64,000 nucleotides of DNA from Felis catus (GCF_018350175.1 NC_058368.1:10230001-10294000); one strand, 5' to 3'. Positions 1 through 13,896 are shown, counted from the stretch's first letter. Notes: generated by a model not told the origin, from the sequence alone. Numbers and translations are program-made.

Positions 1-385
1 CTGGGTTCAGGGAACCCGTCAGTGTACAAAATAAGTAAGATTTTCTGCCCTTAAAAGATGTTTCCATTCGAGTGGCGGTGGGGGGGGGGGACGATTGACA
101 ATAAAAAATAAATACTGTAAATAAGCAAGTGATACAGTATTGTTAGAAGGGGATAAGTGCTATGGACAAAGAAAAGGTAACACCCAGGATATATGTGTGT
201 GTATCGATGGGAATGGAGGGGGCCGTCAGTTGCAGCATCAGGTAAGGTGGTCAAAAGCGGCTTCAGTGAGAAGGGGACCTTCAAACTGAGACCCAGAGGA
301 AGCGAGGGAGTGAGCCAAGGAAGCCAGGGGGATACCTGGGAGACAGCAGCCCAGACCTTGGAAGAGGGAAGCAAAGGTCTGGAGT
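1..385 (-). mobile_element. L2 fragment
   Basis: gataagtgctatggac...ggcttcagtgagaaggggaccttcaaactgagacc...gggagtgagcca. Confidence 0.65.
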
Positions 386-2649
386 GAGATGTGCCCCCTT
401 GCTCTGCATATTCAAGGACTCACAGCATCCTGTCCCTGGTCCTCTGCTACGTGCCCATGAGACCATCGCTGCCAGGCTTCCCGTGACTATTTCTCACTGG
501 TCTCCATGCAATGACCTCCTAAGAGGCAGATCTTTTCCCTCTTTGGAGTCTTCACTGCATCCAACTCTGTGATGTATGCCATTTCTCCTCCCTTGGCTTC
601 TGCTATAGTGCTCTGTCTCTGGTTCGCCTACCCTCACTGTTCCTCCCTCTCCTTCTTCCTCCTCACCACCGCCCCCCGCCCATGCTGAGAGCCCCTCAAG
701 GGCTACCCTCGGCCTTCTCCTTATACCACATTCCCTCATTAAGTATTGTCTTTTCTTCAGTGGGTTCGGCCATGATTTAAAATCTACTTCTCGACACCTG
801 CTCTCTAAATGCTACATTCATTTCCTTGTGGATGAGCTACGGGCCTTTCGAACTTGAAGCGGCAACATTACAACTGCGCTGCCTTCAAATTCTGCAGTGT
901 TTTCCTGTCTTGATTTCAGCCTTTGTCATTCAAATTGAGAACCTCGGAGCTCCCTGTGGTTGCTTTTTCTCTTCCTCACCTTCCACTTCCAGTCGCGGAC
1001 CGGTTCTTGTCCCTTCTCTCCTCTCATTTCCGCAGTCACTGCCCCGAGTGAGTCCTCACAGTTTCTCACATGTTCTAGTTAATTGGCCCACTGCCTGCAG
1101 TCTCTCCTGTTTGCATGTTGGCCCACGAGCTCTGGGCGGATTTGATTGGGCTCTGCTCTGCTCGGTCTTGAACAAATCTCAAGGGTCAAGGCCTTTTGGG
1201 ACACGGACACTTGCCATGTGATCTGAACTCGCTCCAGCTTCCTCGAGGTATGAACGTGATGAACATCACTATCGCTTTCTGGTTTTCATCCAAGATGGCT
1301 CTCGCAAGACATGGTTCATCCCATAACAGCAGTCTCCACGATGCTCCGGGTGAAACTTCTCACAGAAGTGACAGAATCCCAGCTACCCTTCAACGCCTTA
1401 ACACACTCCGTTTGCTTCAGGTCAAGTACGTGCTAAATAAAAATGACCTGCCTGCTCCCCTTAGCTGGGTTATGAAGTGGGAACGCTGCGGATCTAATCA
1501 CTCCATTTCTGGAAGGCTGATGTCTAGAGAAGAAACTAACATCATAACTAGAGACCTACTTTGCCACCTAAAGGAAGGCACTGCTTGGCCCCTTGTGGAC
1601 AGCTGTCATCGGTTCCAGTCTCCCGGAACACCTTTCATAACTGGGAGTGGGTGATTCTCACCATTTTAAAGCGTCTAGGATTGGCGTCTAGGCTTTATGT
1701 ATTCCAGACAGAAAAATGTATGGAGTTGGTAAGATCATTAGGATTTAGAATACCAAGACTTGTCAGACACGGACTCACTTATCATACATAATACTTGGCA
1801 ATTTAGGAAGTTCAAAGAAACAAAACCTGGAGCCAATCCAAACGCTGCGGGGTACTTCTAATTTCCTGGCTCCCCTGTTCTTTCCAGGGGCATATGCTGA
1901 GTTTCCCCAGCTCTGGGGCCCCGTCCTAAGCACTGTCTGAAAACTGCAGGTTATTAGACGTGACAAAAATGCTCTCGTGAATCTTTCAGCCGAAGCCCGT
2001 TGGCTACCACTCTTCTCTGCTACCCCTAACTCCCAAAGGAGAGGTTTCTTTTACGGAGACTAAAATACACCCACCGATTAGCCAGAGAAATTTCTGAAGC
2101 AGGAAGGAAATTATCAGTCTTAAATTGGACCTCTCTGCATCTTAAAAAGAAACCAAAGATAGCCTCTTTGAAAAACTCAATCCTTCTAGATTGTTATCAC
2201 CCGTGGCTGCTGCTGTTACTGCCACAATGAAATGCTTCAGATGCCTTGAATTCCAGGAAATCTGGTCTCTTGCCAGAGCTGCGGAGTGAGATGATTAATT
2301 TCTGGGCTCTGATACTCAGGATGGATGTGTTTCTGGGATTTTTTTTTTTTTTTTTTTGGCAGAAATGCCGCTGGAGTCTAGCTCTCTTAGAGAAGTCAGC
2401 GATTTGATTCCTCGAGGCAGGCCCCGGGGCTCCTTCCAGAGTGAGCCACAGCAGACCAGAGATCTCCAGGCAACTCTTTCCTTTTTTTTTTTTTTTTTTT
2501 TTCCAACGGTCTTGTTGTAAGAACAATAGGCCAATATTCAGGGGCAAAGATTTGTGAAGGAGAAGCCAGGGACGCACCCACAGTATGTTTCCTTTATTTT
2601 AATGTACTTGGGATAACTAGCAAGTGTGAATCTCAGTCCGTAACTTTGG

Positions 2650-3025
2650 GTGTGTGCCTCAGGGCCTTTGCATTCTCCATTATCTCCTCCAGGGGCATCC
2701 TTCCCTCCTGAAATCTGTGTGGCTCAGGCCAGTGTCACCCACTAGGAGAGGCCTCTCTGAATCACCCTACGTGCAAATGCACTCTCCACATCACCCCACC
2801 CCCAGACCCAGAATCCCTTATTGTCCTTACCCTGCTTTATTTATCTTTATGGCAATTATCATTACCTGCCATAGGCTGTATTTATTTATTATCTGTCTCC
2901 TTATCAGAATGCGAGCATCTTAATGGCAAGAACTTTATCTATTATATCTCACTGGCCTAGAACAGGGCTGAGAATGTGGCGTATATTTAATATATATTTA
3001 TATTTGAAGAATGAAGGAATGAGTG
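2650..3025 (+). mobile_element. L2 3' end
   Basis: cctcagggcctttgca...ggcctagaacagggctg...tttgaagaatgaaggaatga. Confidence 0.7.
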
Positions 3026-5584
3026 GGTTCAGGGGAGTACCTAGACTATCACAGACACTGTGCTTGACATCATCATGCATTCAACTGGAAGACAAATCCC
3101 AGAGTGGGCGAGGTGGCCTCTGAGTTTGGCTGAGGCTCAGAAAGCAGAGAGGCCACACGTCATGGGAAACCTGGGACTGAGAAAAGAAGTCCTGTGGCCT
3201 CCAGGACAGGCTGTGGTATTGGCCGAGGCTGGTCACGGCATGGGGCTTGGAGGCCAAGCAGCCAAAGGTGAACGAGGGCCACCGAGGAATCAGGGTGGTA
3301 TGCAGGCCAGACCTAGTGCACCCGGCTAGTGCTGGACTGTCCTCCAGTCCATACTCGTGACGATGAGCGGACCACAGAGAACTTTATAAAGGGTGCTTTC
3401 TAAGTAAGTACTTCCAAAGACATATGCCAGGCCCTGTTCGGGTGCTGGGGATAGGGGAGTGAAAGAGACAGGTGAAAGCTATGTTCTCAAGGAACTTCCA
3501 CTCTAGTGGAAGAGGTAGCAATATGCAAAATCAGTGGGTAGTCTGTTAGCGAATAAGGACTGAAGAGATGAAGTGTAGCACAGAAGGGGCTGGAAGGGCA
3601 GAGCTCACCAGGCGCCAGTGGAGGAAGGACTTGAAGGGAGAACAGCCATGAGCCACGAAGTTTCCAGGCCAGGCCGGCGGCTGTGTGGTGGCACATGCCT
3701 GGAAGTATATGAGGGCATTAACCACAAAGATCGGTGTAGCTCATTATGGGCCCAACGCTGTTCGGGCCAGAACCCTCGCCCTGGCGGAGCCTGGCTTTGA
3801 GACAATAAACAGCCAATATCTGATTACGTAGGACACACCCAAGTGGTAAGTGCTGTGAAGAAAAAAAGATCAGATAAGGGCACCAGAAATTCAGGGTGGT
3901 CACGTGCCTGCACGTTGGGCGGAGTCGGGATCATCAGCCTGAAGAGATGGGGGTAAAGCCCTGACGCTGATAAGCGTGTTTGCCGCAGGCACACAAGCAG
4001 GTGGCCGGGCCTGAGTCTGGGGCACTCAAACCTGGGGTGACCACTGTCAAGTGCAGCTGCTGGAAACATGAGGACCCCGAATTTCCACCGGAGGTCACTG
4101 CACTTTTGTGTGAGGTGGGATGAAAGCCTGATGGGAATGCCTTCACATGGGAACTGGAAGAGAAACTGAGGCAGCAGTATGAACCCCTGTCTCAAGTAAC
4201 TCTTCTGTAAAGGGAAGGAAAAAACTGGGGTGATAGTTGGAGGCGCCGGGGGATCAAGACAATTTTTTTTTATAATTTCCCCCACCGAGAGAAATAAGAA
4301 CATGTCCGTGTGCTGATGGGAATGATCCAGAACATGGATAAAGCAGGAGAGAAAGAGGGGAAATGCTGAGTGACAGCCTTGGGTGGGCAAGAAAGGATGG
4401 GGTCCAGGGCACACGTGACGGGCTGACTTCAGGGAGGAGCCGGAATTCATCAGCGGGACCCAAGAGAAGGCCGAGGGGGTGGGTCGGGGTGCAGGTGAAC
4501 GTGTGCGTATGTGACGGGATCCGGTAGAGGCCTCTTGTAAGGGGTTCCATTTTCTCAGTGACTTAGAAAGCAAGATCGTGATCTGAGAATGGGAATTGGG
4601 AGGAGGTGTCGGAGCTTTTCAGACAAAGGAGGAAGTAGGGAAACGGTCCTGGAGAGTGGGAGATGAAGGATGGCTGCCAGGAAGCTCTGAGAACTTATTT
4701 GTGGTTTGTGGTCATGAAGCTGAAGCCAGCCCACTCAGCACAGTTGTGTGGTTTGTCTCCAGCCACATTCTCATGCACGGGGTGGGTGGGAAGTCAAACT
4801 GAATCAGGGGTGGGCTTGTGCCAAAAAAGAATAAAAGAGAAAGTCGAGGGCACCCACGTGAGGAAGCGGTTGTGGCTGACCACGGAATCGAAGCCACACA
4901 TGACGGAAAACGAGGCACGAAAGGGCCCGTGGACAGTGGACGGTGAAGATGTGTTAGGATCAACGGACCGGAAGTCCTGGAGTTAGCCTGTGTGAACAGG
5001 CTGAAAAGACTGGAGGTAGCATGTTTGATGCGGTGATTCTGGAGGGTCGCAGTTATTACGAATGCCCAAATCAAGGAAGGGTATGACCGTGCCAGTGAGT
5101 GGCTGCAGCACAGTAGAAAACAGAGCCGTTGTAAGGAAATGGGAAATCAGCAGACTGGATGGATGATTTATGATCGATATTATCTCCCAAGGATTATGGA
5201 AAGAGCAGTGTTGGGGAGGATGACAAAACGGAAGGAGGCTAAATTCTACCCTTTAAATCTTCTGTGAGGTAGAGAGAAATGTTCTTTCGGTCCAAACAGG
5301 TCTTTTTGAGAGCCTAGCAGAGAGCCTCAGATCTTCGTCTTCTTGAGGGATATGTATGACCTTCTTTCTTTCTTTTTTTTTTTTATAATTTACTTAACTC
5401 GCCAACTGTTTCTAGTATTTTCAGTGTTGTATGTGAGCTGATTGCTAGGAAAAGGTACGTCAAGCCTCTGCAGGTGAATATGGCTGCATAACAGGAATCC
5501 CTTGGCCAAGGAGAACTTGACTCCTTACTATCTTTGTCACTTCTTCTCTGAGTCGAAAATTGGTACATAATTGAATATTTGCAG

Positions 5585-6320
5585 AAATAACCTTAACAAG
5601 AAGTGTGAAGATAGAGAGATAACCTTTCTAAAAACGTGAAAGCAAGCCCAAATAAATGGGAAGTGACTATGTTCCTGGATGGGAAAATTCAATATTGTGA
5701 AGATGTCACCTCTCTCCAAATTAAATGTCAAATTCAATGGAATGCCAATCAAAATCTCTATGAGATTGTTTTGGAGCTCAAGAGGTTGATTCTGAATTTC
5801 ATCTGGAAGAGTAAACATGGGAAAATGGCCAAGAAATGTTGAAAAAGGACAATGGGGAGGGACTTGAGCCATCTGATATTAAAGGATGCTATTAAGTTAC
5901 AGTAAATGAAAGAGATAAGATACTGTTGTAAAGAGACAAATAGATTGATAATAGACCTAGGTTTATATGGAAAGTAGTATTTGATAAACCAAGCATTTCG
6001 AACGAGTGGGAGAACAATGTAACAAATAACTCTTGGCTATATATTTAGGGGGAAAAAATTAAGTCTTCGGATCACGGTATACATAAAAATAAATGCCAGA
6101 TAAAGATCTAAATATTTTTGAGGGGGGTAGTAGAGGAAAATATAAGTGACCATCTTAATAATCGGGGTGAAAAAAGTCTTTTGCAAAAGCAGGACTCAAG
6201 AGATAGCAGTGGAGAAGAGATGCAAAACGGATCTGACTTCAAAGCTCGAAGACCATTTCTTTTACTAAAAACTTCCAGGAGAGACAAAAATGCCCTCATT
6301 GGTGTTGTTGTGTATTAATA
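5585..6320 (+). mobile_element. Ancient L1M ORF2 fragment
   Basis: aaataaatggg...tgttcctggatgggaaaattcaatattgtgaagatg...aaattcaatggaatgccaatcaaaatc resembles the L1 NKW...WIGRLNIVKM region; heavily decayed. Confidence 0.8.
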
Positions 6321-7542
6321 ACCACATTATCTAAAAGAGGATTTGGGAACGCTCCTAGCAATGAGTATAGAATAGAAGAGAATACACATGCGTATATGTG
6401 AATGGGGTTAAGACAAAAAACACATATAGAAAGCTCAAGTCAGTGAAGAAAATATCCTCCACAATATCCCCAAAGAATACATTTCTTTTTAAACTTCCCA
6501 GAAGCCAGAAAAAAAGAGGGAAACAACATCCATCGGCAGCTTCATAGTATCTGTCAGATAACAATTAAGGTGTTTACGAGACGCGCAGATTTCTGGTACT
6601 GACGCAGAGAGAAAGGTCTCTAGTAGGTCCCTTCCTGCCTTTGGAAATACAAGAACAGTAAATAAACCCGATATAAACTGATGAACTGTTCGCCAGATTT
6701 AACGTGACCACACCATGTCAAACAAGCCCTGCAGTGGGGACGTTGGTGGTTCCCAGATACGGGTGGGCGCCCACCTCTTGCGGCCACAGGGCCGCGTCAC
6801 TGGTTTGGACAAGAAATCCAACCGCACCACGCATTTTGTGATGTTTGCCAACAAAACTGAAGATTCGAGGGGTCACGGGGAAAGGTCCCGCCCTCCGTCC
6901 TCACCACCTCCTCCTACTCGGCCTCTTCATCCCTCCTCCCTGCCGCGCGCCCGCTCCTCCTGCCGTAAGCCCCCTGTGCTCAAGCCTTCCTCCACCGGGC
7001 AGTCACTTCCCTCTGCTAGTCCTGGCACCTGCCAGCGCTCGCCCAAATCCTTGGAGCCAGCCATCTACGCAAAGCGGGACTTGTCACAATTCCCGTAAGA
7101 GTCTGGCCTCTCTTTACGCACTCGGACTGGGGAGCCAGTCGTCCCCCCACACTCCCTCCAACTCTCACCTGACAGGAGGGATCCCTCCCATCCGAGAGGT
7201 CCCTGCCACTCCTTCCAGGCTGGCCGACATGGTTTAGAGTCAGCATCACCGAGGAGCACCTCCTCACAGCCCTCGCTCAGCTCCGCCACCGGCTTTATAA
7301 ATAAGTTTCTTATTTTAATTATGAAGCTGCATGGTGGAAGCAGGCGATTACACGAAGAGAATCTGAAATCACTTCTGATCTAGGCAAAGTCACCAAGTGC
7401 CTATTTCCAAGGCGGTTCTACAAATAGAACACGGGCATGACATAATGGACATTTGTCAGATTCTCCCCTCCCCCCCCCCCCATCCCCGAGCTTGTTGTTC
7501 TTGGTGTCTGAAGATGTTTTCTCTTTACATTCTCTGCTTCAG

Positions 7543-7588
7543 TTACGAGGACTCTGACAAGTGCCCGATTCTCTACGGCGACGATCAG
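7543..7588 (+). pseudogene. WD40 gene exon 1 in window (YEDSDKCPILYGDDQ)
   Basis: tctctgcttcAG acceptor, CAG|gtaggt donor, 46 nt; phase 0 exit fits the next exon starting GCVNIL. Confidence 0.8.
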
Positions 7589-7789
7589 GTAGGTGTGGAG
7601 GGTGGAAGGAGGGCAGGAGACACTTAATCGGAGGCCGGAAAACCGTCTGCCTTTCTCTCGGGGAGAAGCGAGGGGTGGGGGAAAGGAGGGTGGGAGCATC
7701 TCTGTCTCGAGGCCGAGACAAAACGAAGAGGAAAACAGACGAGGAGACCCAGCCGTATGTCGAATAAATAAAATACTAAGAGGTAACAT

Positions 7790-8000
7790 ATATGAAGTGC
7801 TCACTTACATGCCTGGGGTTGTCCTCAGGGCTTTGCACCAGATCCGATCAGTTCATGCTGCGGTTGCCGTTTGTGAGAATGGAGCAACTGAGGCACAAAG
7901 CGGTGGTGCAGCTTTCAAGCGTACCTGCTCCCGGCAGGTGACAGGCTGGGATTCGAACCCACTCAGTGTGAACCAAGTCTGTGCATTTAACCCCTATGCT
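7790..8000 (-). mobile_element. MIR SINE
   Basis: gtgctcacttacatgcctgg...aactgaggcacaaag...gctgggattcgaaccca. Confidence 0.7.
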
Positions 8001-8600
8001 TTACTGACTCTCGTGTAAAACAGAAGGGATGTTCCAGGTAATGGTGTGAAGAAACACCACTGGGATGGAGTAGTCGCTCTGAAAGCATCGCTGTCGGAGC
8101 GCAGGGGGACAGTGGCACATCTGGTTTGCCTCCCGTTGGGCACCGGGAATCTTGCTAATCAGGGGCCCGGAGGGAGGATGCCCTTCTGTGTGTTTTGTTT
8201 GACAATCAGAGATAGGGTTTGAACGCAGATTCCCGTGGGAGAGGAGACAGAGTGCTGTAAACACAGCTAGGTCGAAGGGTCCAGTATCCCAGGATCTTTC
8301 TGAAGAAGTGTTAGCAAGGGCCAGGGGACCACCACCAGGGCTTTAGGTCCTGAACGGAACCGAGCAAGCCGGAGAGAGGAAGCAGGCAGATGGGACCATC
8401 ACGGACACCGAAATCCAAGAGCTCCCAATTTCTCATTGTGCCCAGGAGTTGCCTTACTCTCGACTATCCCCTAACGCCTTTTAATGCTGTTTTTTTCAAA
8501 ACCGAGGAGCGAGTGAGAGAGCAGACGGGCCCTGGTGCGGAGACCTCCAGCCCACAGGCCCCCACGTGGCGGGAGCGGGGAATGATCTGCGCGCTGCTCA

Positions 8601-8615
8601 CCTGTAGGGGGCGCC
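8601..8615 (+). promoter_or_regulatory. CTCF motif
   Basis: CCTGTAGGGGGCGCC matches CCnsyAGrkGGCrs. Confidence 0.55.
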
Positions 8616-9154
8616 ATTCACACGGACTAGGAGGTGAATGGTGTGCCTGGATTTATGCTGCACGGCCTCTCCCGGGCCTGACATTCCTCAAAGGGACGCG
8701 GACACCGGGACGGAGTGCAAGAGGGAAGCACCCCACCCCCATCCCCACCCCCACCCCCACCCCCGGCCGCGGGGTCAGTCGTGCCCCTGTGGTCCCGAGC
8801 CCCAGGCGCCTGGTAAATCGGGCTCCGTGGCTCTCCCTGTCTCCTTGCTGCAGTCCTGGGTGCGGTCCAGCCCCGCGCCTGTGGCGACGGTCCAGCAGAA
8901 GCCAGGAAGGCGAAGCCGGGGCCGATCCGGGCGACACTGCCTGTTCATTAGAATGCAGGTTCATTGGCAAAAATGCAAATGATTCATTTCACTTCATCCT
9001 TCTGACAGACTGTGCTGGTAGCAATAGCTGGCTGCTTCCCTACACCTGTCACTGCCGCGGCGCTGCTCACTTTGTGTAAAAGGCCTGCCACACTTCAGGT
9101 GTATATATAGCAACCAACCCGCGGCGCAGCCCGCCTGCGGGAAACTCGATCATT

Positions 9155-9172
9155 CACTGCCCCCTAGTGGAC
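9155..9172 (-). promoter_or_regulatory. CTCF motif
   Basis: Minus strand reads GTCCACTAGGGGGCAGTG, a near-consensus CTCF core. Confidence 0.7.
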
Positions 9173-12100
9173 TAGACGCGAATGAGCCAATTCGCGGCGG
9201 TCCTTCGAGCTTCTCTGCAAATCAGAGTTGCATTTTATGGCAGGAAGAGTTTGCCGGAGTCTGTTGATTTCGTCGCTGTCGCTGCTGGTGGCTCAGGGTC
9301 TTAATTAACAGCACTCTAATAAGATAAAATGTCAGTCGTGGAGGACTCTTCGTGGAGCTATATTTGAATGTTAGAAAGCCACGACGTTTTCAAAAAATGT
9401 TTGAGTCCTCGTTTGATGTTTATTTAAAAAAAAAAATCAAATTTTCTTTAGGCTACAAAAAAGGCTTACAGTGAATGTAGCATTAAAGAGTTCGTGCTGT
9501 CATCCAGCAAAGCCATCAGTTGTACCTGAGAGAGAAGGGCGGTTATTATAAAGCGGAAGCACGGGCCTGACGTTTCACCCAACCACCCCTGGAGGTCACC
9601 TACTGAGGACCTAGCGTTGAGGACCCAGTCACACTCAGCGTAAGGGAAGCCACCTTTGCAATCTGCTGACAAAGGCAAGGGGAAGCTTGGTTCGCTAACG
9701 TCATATTACCAAGTCTCTGTTGATTATCCTTGGACTTCTTTCAATTGTTGCATCTAGCCCAGGCTTATGGCTTAAGGATCATTTGATAAGATTCATCAAT
9801 GTTATTTGCATGCAGCAAGTTAAGAAACCTGTTTCTTAAAATTAATAATCTACTTTTATACCCTTTCTGAGCTGTTTCCTCATTGCAAGGACTTGAACAG
9901 CCTTGTAATTATCTCTGAGTTCAGTGACTTCATTGCTCTGAACTTTTGGCATACCTACTACTGGAATATTCGAGATACTAGAATAACTCCCTTTCCATAG
10001 CCCGGACTCTTGCCATAAAGACCTCCATTGGTATAGTCTAGGCCAACCATGCCCAAGTGCATCCTTGTGTATGGATTAGCTTCTCACTTACGCATCTAGA
10101 GTGATGTTGGTTGGAGAATGGGAAAAAAAAAAAATTGTCCCACAAAGCATTTGCTGTACTTTGTGGTACAGATGAGGAAACCGGGCTCAAACGGTTACAA
10201 AAGAAGTAGCATCTGGGTGAGACGGGCAGAGGGATAACGCTAGACCCTCCTGTAGGACAGCCTTGTTCACTTGACTCGTTTATTTCAGGCTGACTGTAGG
10301 GTCAACACGGCCCTGACGATCGGAAACTTCCAAGAGAGAAAAATGTTGGTGAGAAAGCTTTGGTGGATGGGCACAGGGCAGGACTCAAATTTTTCCACCC
10401 CGTGCAGCTCAGAAACAGCAGGAAGTGAAACGTTTCGGAGTGCTTCCTCGGCAAACTGTAGTTTTCCTCAGAATGTCACAGAAAGCGCTGCTGGTGATTC
10501 ACCAGGTTAAACTTTTCCTCCTGAGTCAGAAGCAAGAGGAAGCTGCTGTCGAGGGTGGAGGCCCAGCGGCTTGGGGCGGAGGGGAGGCGGGGTGGGGAGG
10601 CTTGTTGACTAACTGGTCAGAACATTCTAGCCAGGAAACTCGAATAGCTTGCTAAGGAACACAGGGAAATGAAACCCTCACTGTGGAAACTTTCAATGCA
10701 ATAATAAAAATTAAATAGGCTTGTGGTATAACTTACCAGAGAGAAATAGGTTAGTGGAGCTGCCTTCCTGTAGGTCCCCATTCCAGCCCAATGAAGTTCG
10801 ATGCTTGCCTATTAAAGTTGGGCACACTGCCCATCAAGTGGCCCCATTTTACCCGACCTGCTTTACATCAGTCAGTCAACGCATGTCATAGACCCAGAGG
10901 CCCCAGGACTGAGTGGTCATCTGGTCTACCCCTTGGCCTCCCCAGCCAATATCCCTGATATCGTCTCTAAAGAAATGCTTGAGTCAGGATTGAATTAAGT
11001 GTCAGAGGCAGAGAGAAAGGGAAGCAGAGTGGGGTCATGGGGCCAAGCTAAGAATATTCTTCCGGCGGCCTTGGGAATTTTACAACCGAACCAGAAGAAT
11101 CCAGATGAACCGCGTGTGAAAGGACTTTCAAGTGCACATAAAGGAAACGCACACAGAACGCGACCAATATTTCTGCTTCCTAGGCTTTGTCGCTTCGTCC
11201 TGTTAGGGTCACCTGGCTGCGTGTCCCCGGTAGGCAGGCGGGCGAGGTGAGGCTCCCAGCGGGCCATCCTTCAGCCGAGAAGCTGGCTTTTCCTGAGGCT
11301 TCGGCACGCCGGGCTGCCCCGTCCTCCCCAGCTGGTCTCCGGCCAAGCTGCCTCCCCAGCCAGGCCGAGCGGGGTTTCTGTGGGGGTTCTGAGCTGCCGG
11401 GGCTGCGGCCGCGGACGGCTGGTGCAGGGGCGATAACCTGGCCTTTCCTGCTTCAGTCTAGACAGATGCATGATTGAATAAAGGATTCATCCAAGCCCTG
11501 TGTCACATTGGCCATCTGGAAAGTAGCCAACCACTCATTTAGCAAATTGCTCTGTTTAAATGCAGCTGCTGTGTCTCAGCGTTTATGCTACCAAGACAGA
11601 TCGCGTGATTCCTCTGCCTTCATTTATCTAAGCCGTTCCTCTCAATCTGCCAGGAACTTAAAAAGGCTGTTAATGCATGACAAGGCACTTGACCCACATG
11701 ATTTCCAAACTGAGAAGGAGCATCCGTCTTGTGCTGGGTCGTCCTTTCCTCAAAAGCAAGGGCACCTTGTCTATGCTCCCGCTCTTAATGAAAGCTGCCT
11801 TTATTAAGAATCCCATTAGGCTCCGCAGCGCCCAGCTCTCCAACACTGTAAATATTACCCTTTAGAAACGGGTCCAGAGGCCCTGCGCGGGCAGCTGGCC
11901 GGGTGGTGGGTGCTCTAAGCGACAGTCGGGGGCTGACCTCAGACCTCAGATCTCTGGACTGAGGGTGCCGTATGGCAGCCCGGTTGCCTCTCTCCATTTG
12001 GAAAGATGGATTACAGTCGTTAGCAGATAATGTCAACAAAGCCTCCGAGATGATTTGATAAGACTCAGAAGCAAAATGATTGCAGACCAGTCACGAGCTC

Positions 12101-13849
12101 TCAGGGTTTTTACCTTGGTTTCCTTTATCTTTTTCCTAAAGGAAATGGTAAAAAAAACAAAACAAAAAAACAAAAAAAAAACACCCCTTTTTTCACCTTT
12201 TTTTAGGTGAAGCAGTTTATTGTAGGATGTCACTGGTCACTTTGGCCTGGTACTGATTATGATCTGTTATTTATCAGGCAAATAATCCTGATATGACCAC
12301 TGGCTTCATCAACTGCTTAACTTAATTGGGGTCACGGTATCATTAAGTCTGGAAGCCAGAAGCCAGAATAAGGGAGTGTTAATTAAATTAAATATCATCT
12401 GCTCAGCCCTCAGCTAGGCCCGTTGGAAGACCAACGAAATAGTATAATAAATGATCTTTGCGGGGACCAAAAGAAACAAACACAGGAGTATTCAGCACAG
12501 TGCAATTGTGAAGGTGCGAGCTTGGGGTCCCAGCAGGCGCAAAGAAGCTGCTGAGAGGGACGAGGTACCCGCAGGAGGCGAGGGAGGGGGAATGTCCAAG
12601 AGGAAAGAGCTGATTAGCAGCTGAACATCCAGGGAGATCGAGGAAGATGAGAGACGGGGAAAATTCCATTTAATTTATTAGAAACGGAAACAGTGGTGAG
12701 AAAACTGTAAGCGGAGGAACAGGGAGACAGATTGCAGGGCTCTAAGGGGGGGGGTGCGGAGACAGAAAATGACATATTAACTGGCGAAATGTGGAGAGAG
12801 GGGAACAGCATACGGTGGCTTCTTGAAATAAGATGAGGTTCTGAACGGTACTGTAATTGCATGGAAAGTGACAGAACCCAAGGACGCGGATGTAATTCTC
12901 ATTAATAGATTTTGCACTGGGAAAATATTACATAAGACCCACGTCACAGAATTTTGGGTGGATGTCACAGAAAGGCTAAAAGAACAGCACAGTGGTTGAC
13001 CAGAGATTAATTCTCGAGATTTGGAGCCAGGCTGAGCAAAAAATGACATTACCTACCGCGCACTCCACATAATGCGAACCCGACGAAGACCGTAGCCGGT
13101 TCCACGGCTGAGTCTCCTGAGCTCGGAGACCGCACAAAATGTAGCGGTCTATGCTACATATACCAGGCATATACCAGTGCCTATGCTACCTAGGACCTCT
13201 GGTCCCCTAAGTATGCCATTCGACCTCTTTCTGCCTCAGTCTATATAATGAAATAATCAAAGCGCCTACCCCGCGGGATTGTCATGAGGATGGAATGAGA
13301 GAACGCGTGCCAAGCAGGTAGTGTGGCACTGGCTACTTATTGGAGATTTCCCGAGTCCCACTGTACTGGAAAATACCGTAGCAAGCTCCCATCGACAAAC
13401 TAGCAGCATTTAGTGCACACCCCAGAGGGCACCTTTTGCTACTGTCCCCGCCTGCTATTGTGCCGGTGATTTCCGCTGTATCAACTGCAGTTCCAAGTAC
13501 GGGTCACTATGAGACACGTCCTGGAATGACCGGGGTCCCCTGCTTGCAGTCACACACCACAGGGAGCTCCCCCTGTGACCTAGGTCCGGGCATGTGGACA
13601 GTGCGGTCTGACCGAGCTCATGTCCCATTTCAAGGTGGTGGCAGCTCCACCTGCTAAGCAGAAAGGCCCATCTGCTCTGAGAGAAACAGAAAAGCCTGGA
13701 AAACTATCTGCTCCCTTTTAACTGGAAAAAACATTGCTTGTTGTTTCTGCCAAGAGTGCACAAGCTATTAGAGGCTGGGAAATACATGGAATGTGTTGGC
13801 TTTTCTGAAGGGGATTTATTTTTCTTTTCTGTTTAAAACCGTGTTGCAG

Positions 13850-13896
13850 GGATGTGTGAACATTCTGTCTTTGGCTTCCGTAGGTGAACGATGAAG
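13850..13896 (+). pseudogene. Exon 2 (GCVNILSLASVGER*R) with in-frame TGA
   Basis: gtgttgcAG acceptor, AG|gtaaat donor, 47 nt; TGA at 13892-13894. Confidence 0.8.

Larger units (their letters stand above)
8400..9300. promoter_or_regulatory. Intronic CpG-island-like segment
   Basis: Visibly GC- and CpG-dense, no recognisable repeat; O/E ratio not computed. Confidence 0.6.

Noticed and set aside
3824..4573. 249-aa minus-strand ORF
   Set aside because: Lies in decayed L2-like sequence; no protein motif
5425..5454. Possible extra exon (ttttcAG...AAAAG|gtacgt)
   Set aside because: Splice-like signals, but the translation does not resemble the family sequence expected upstream of exon 1
8390..9079. 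229-aa ORF
   Set aside because: Stop-poor because of high GC content; no recognisable homology
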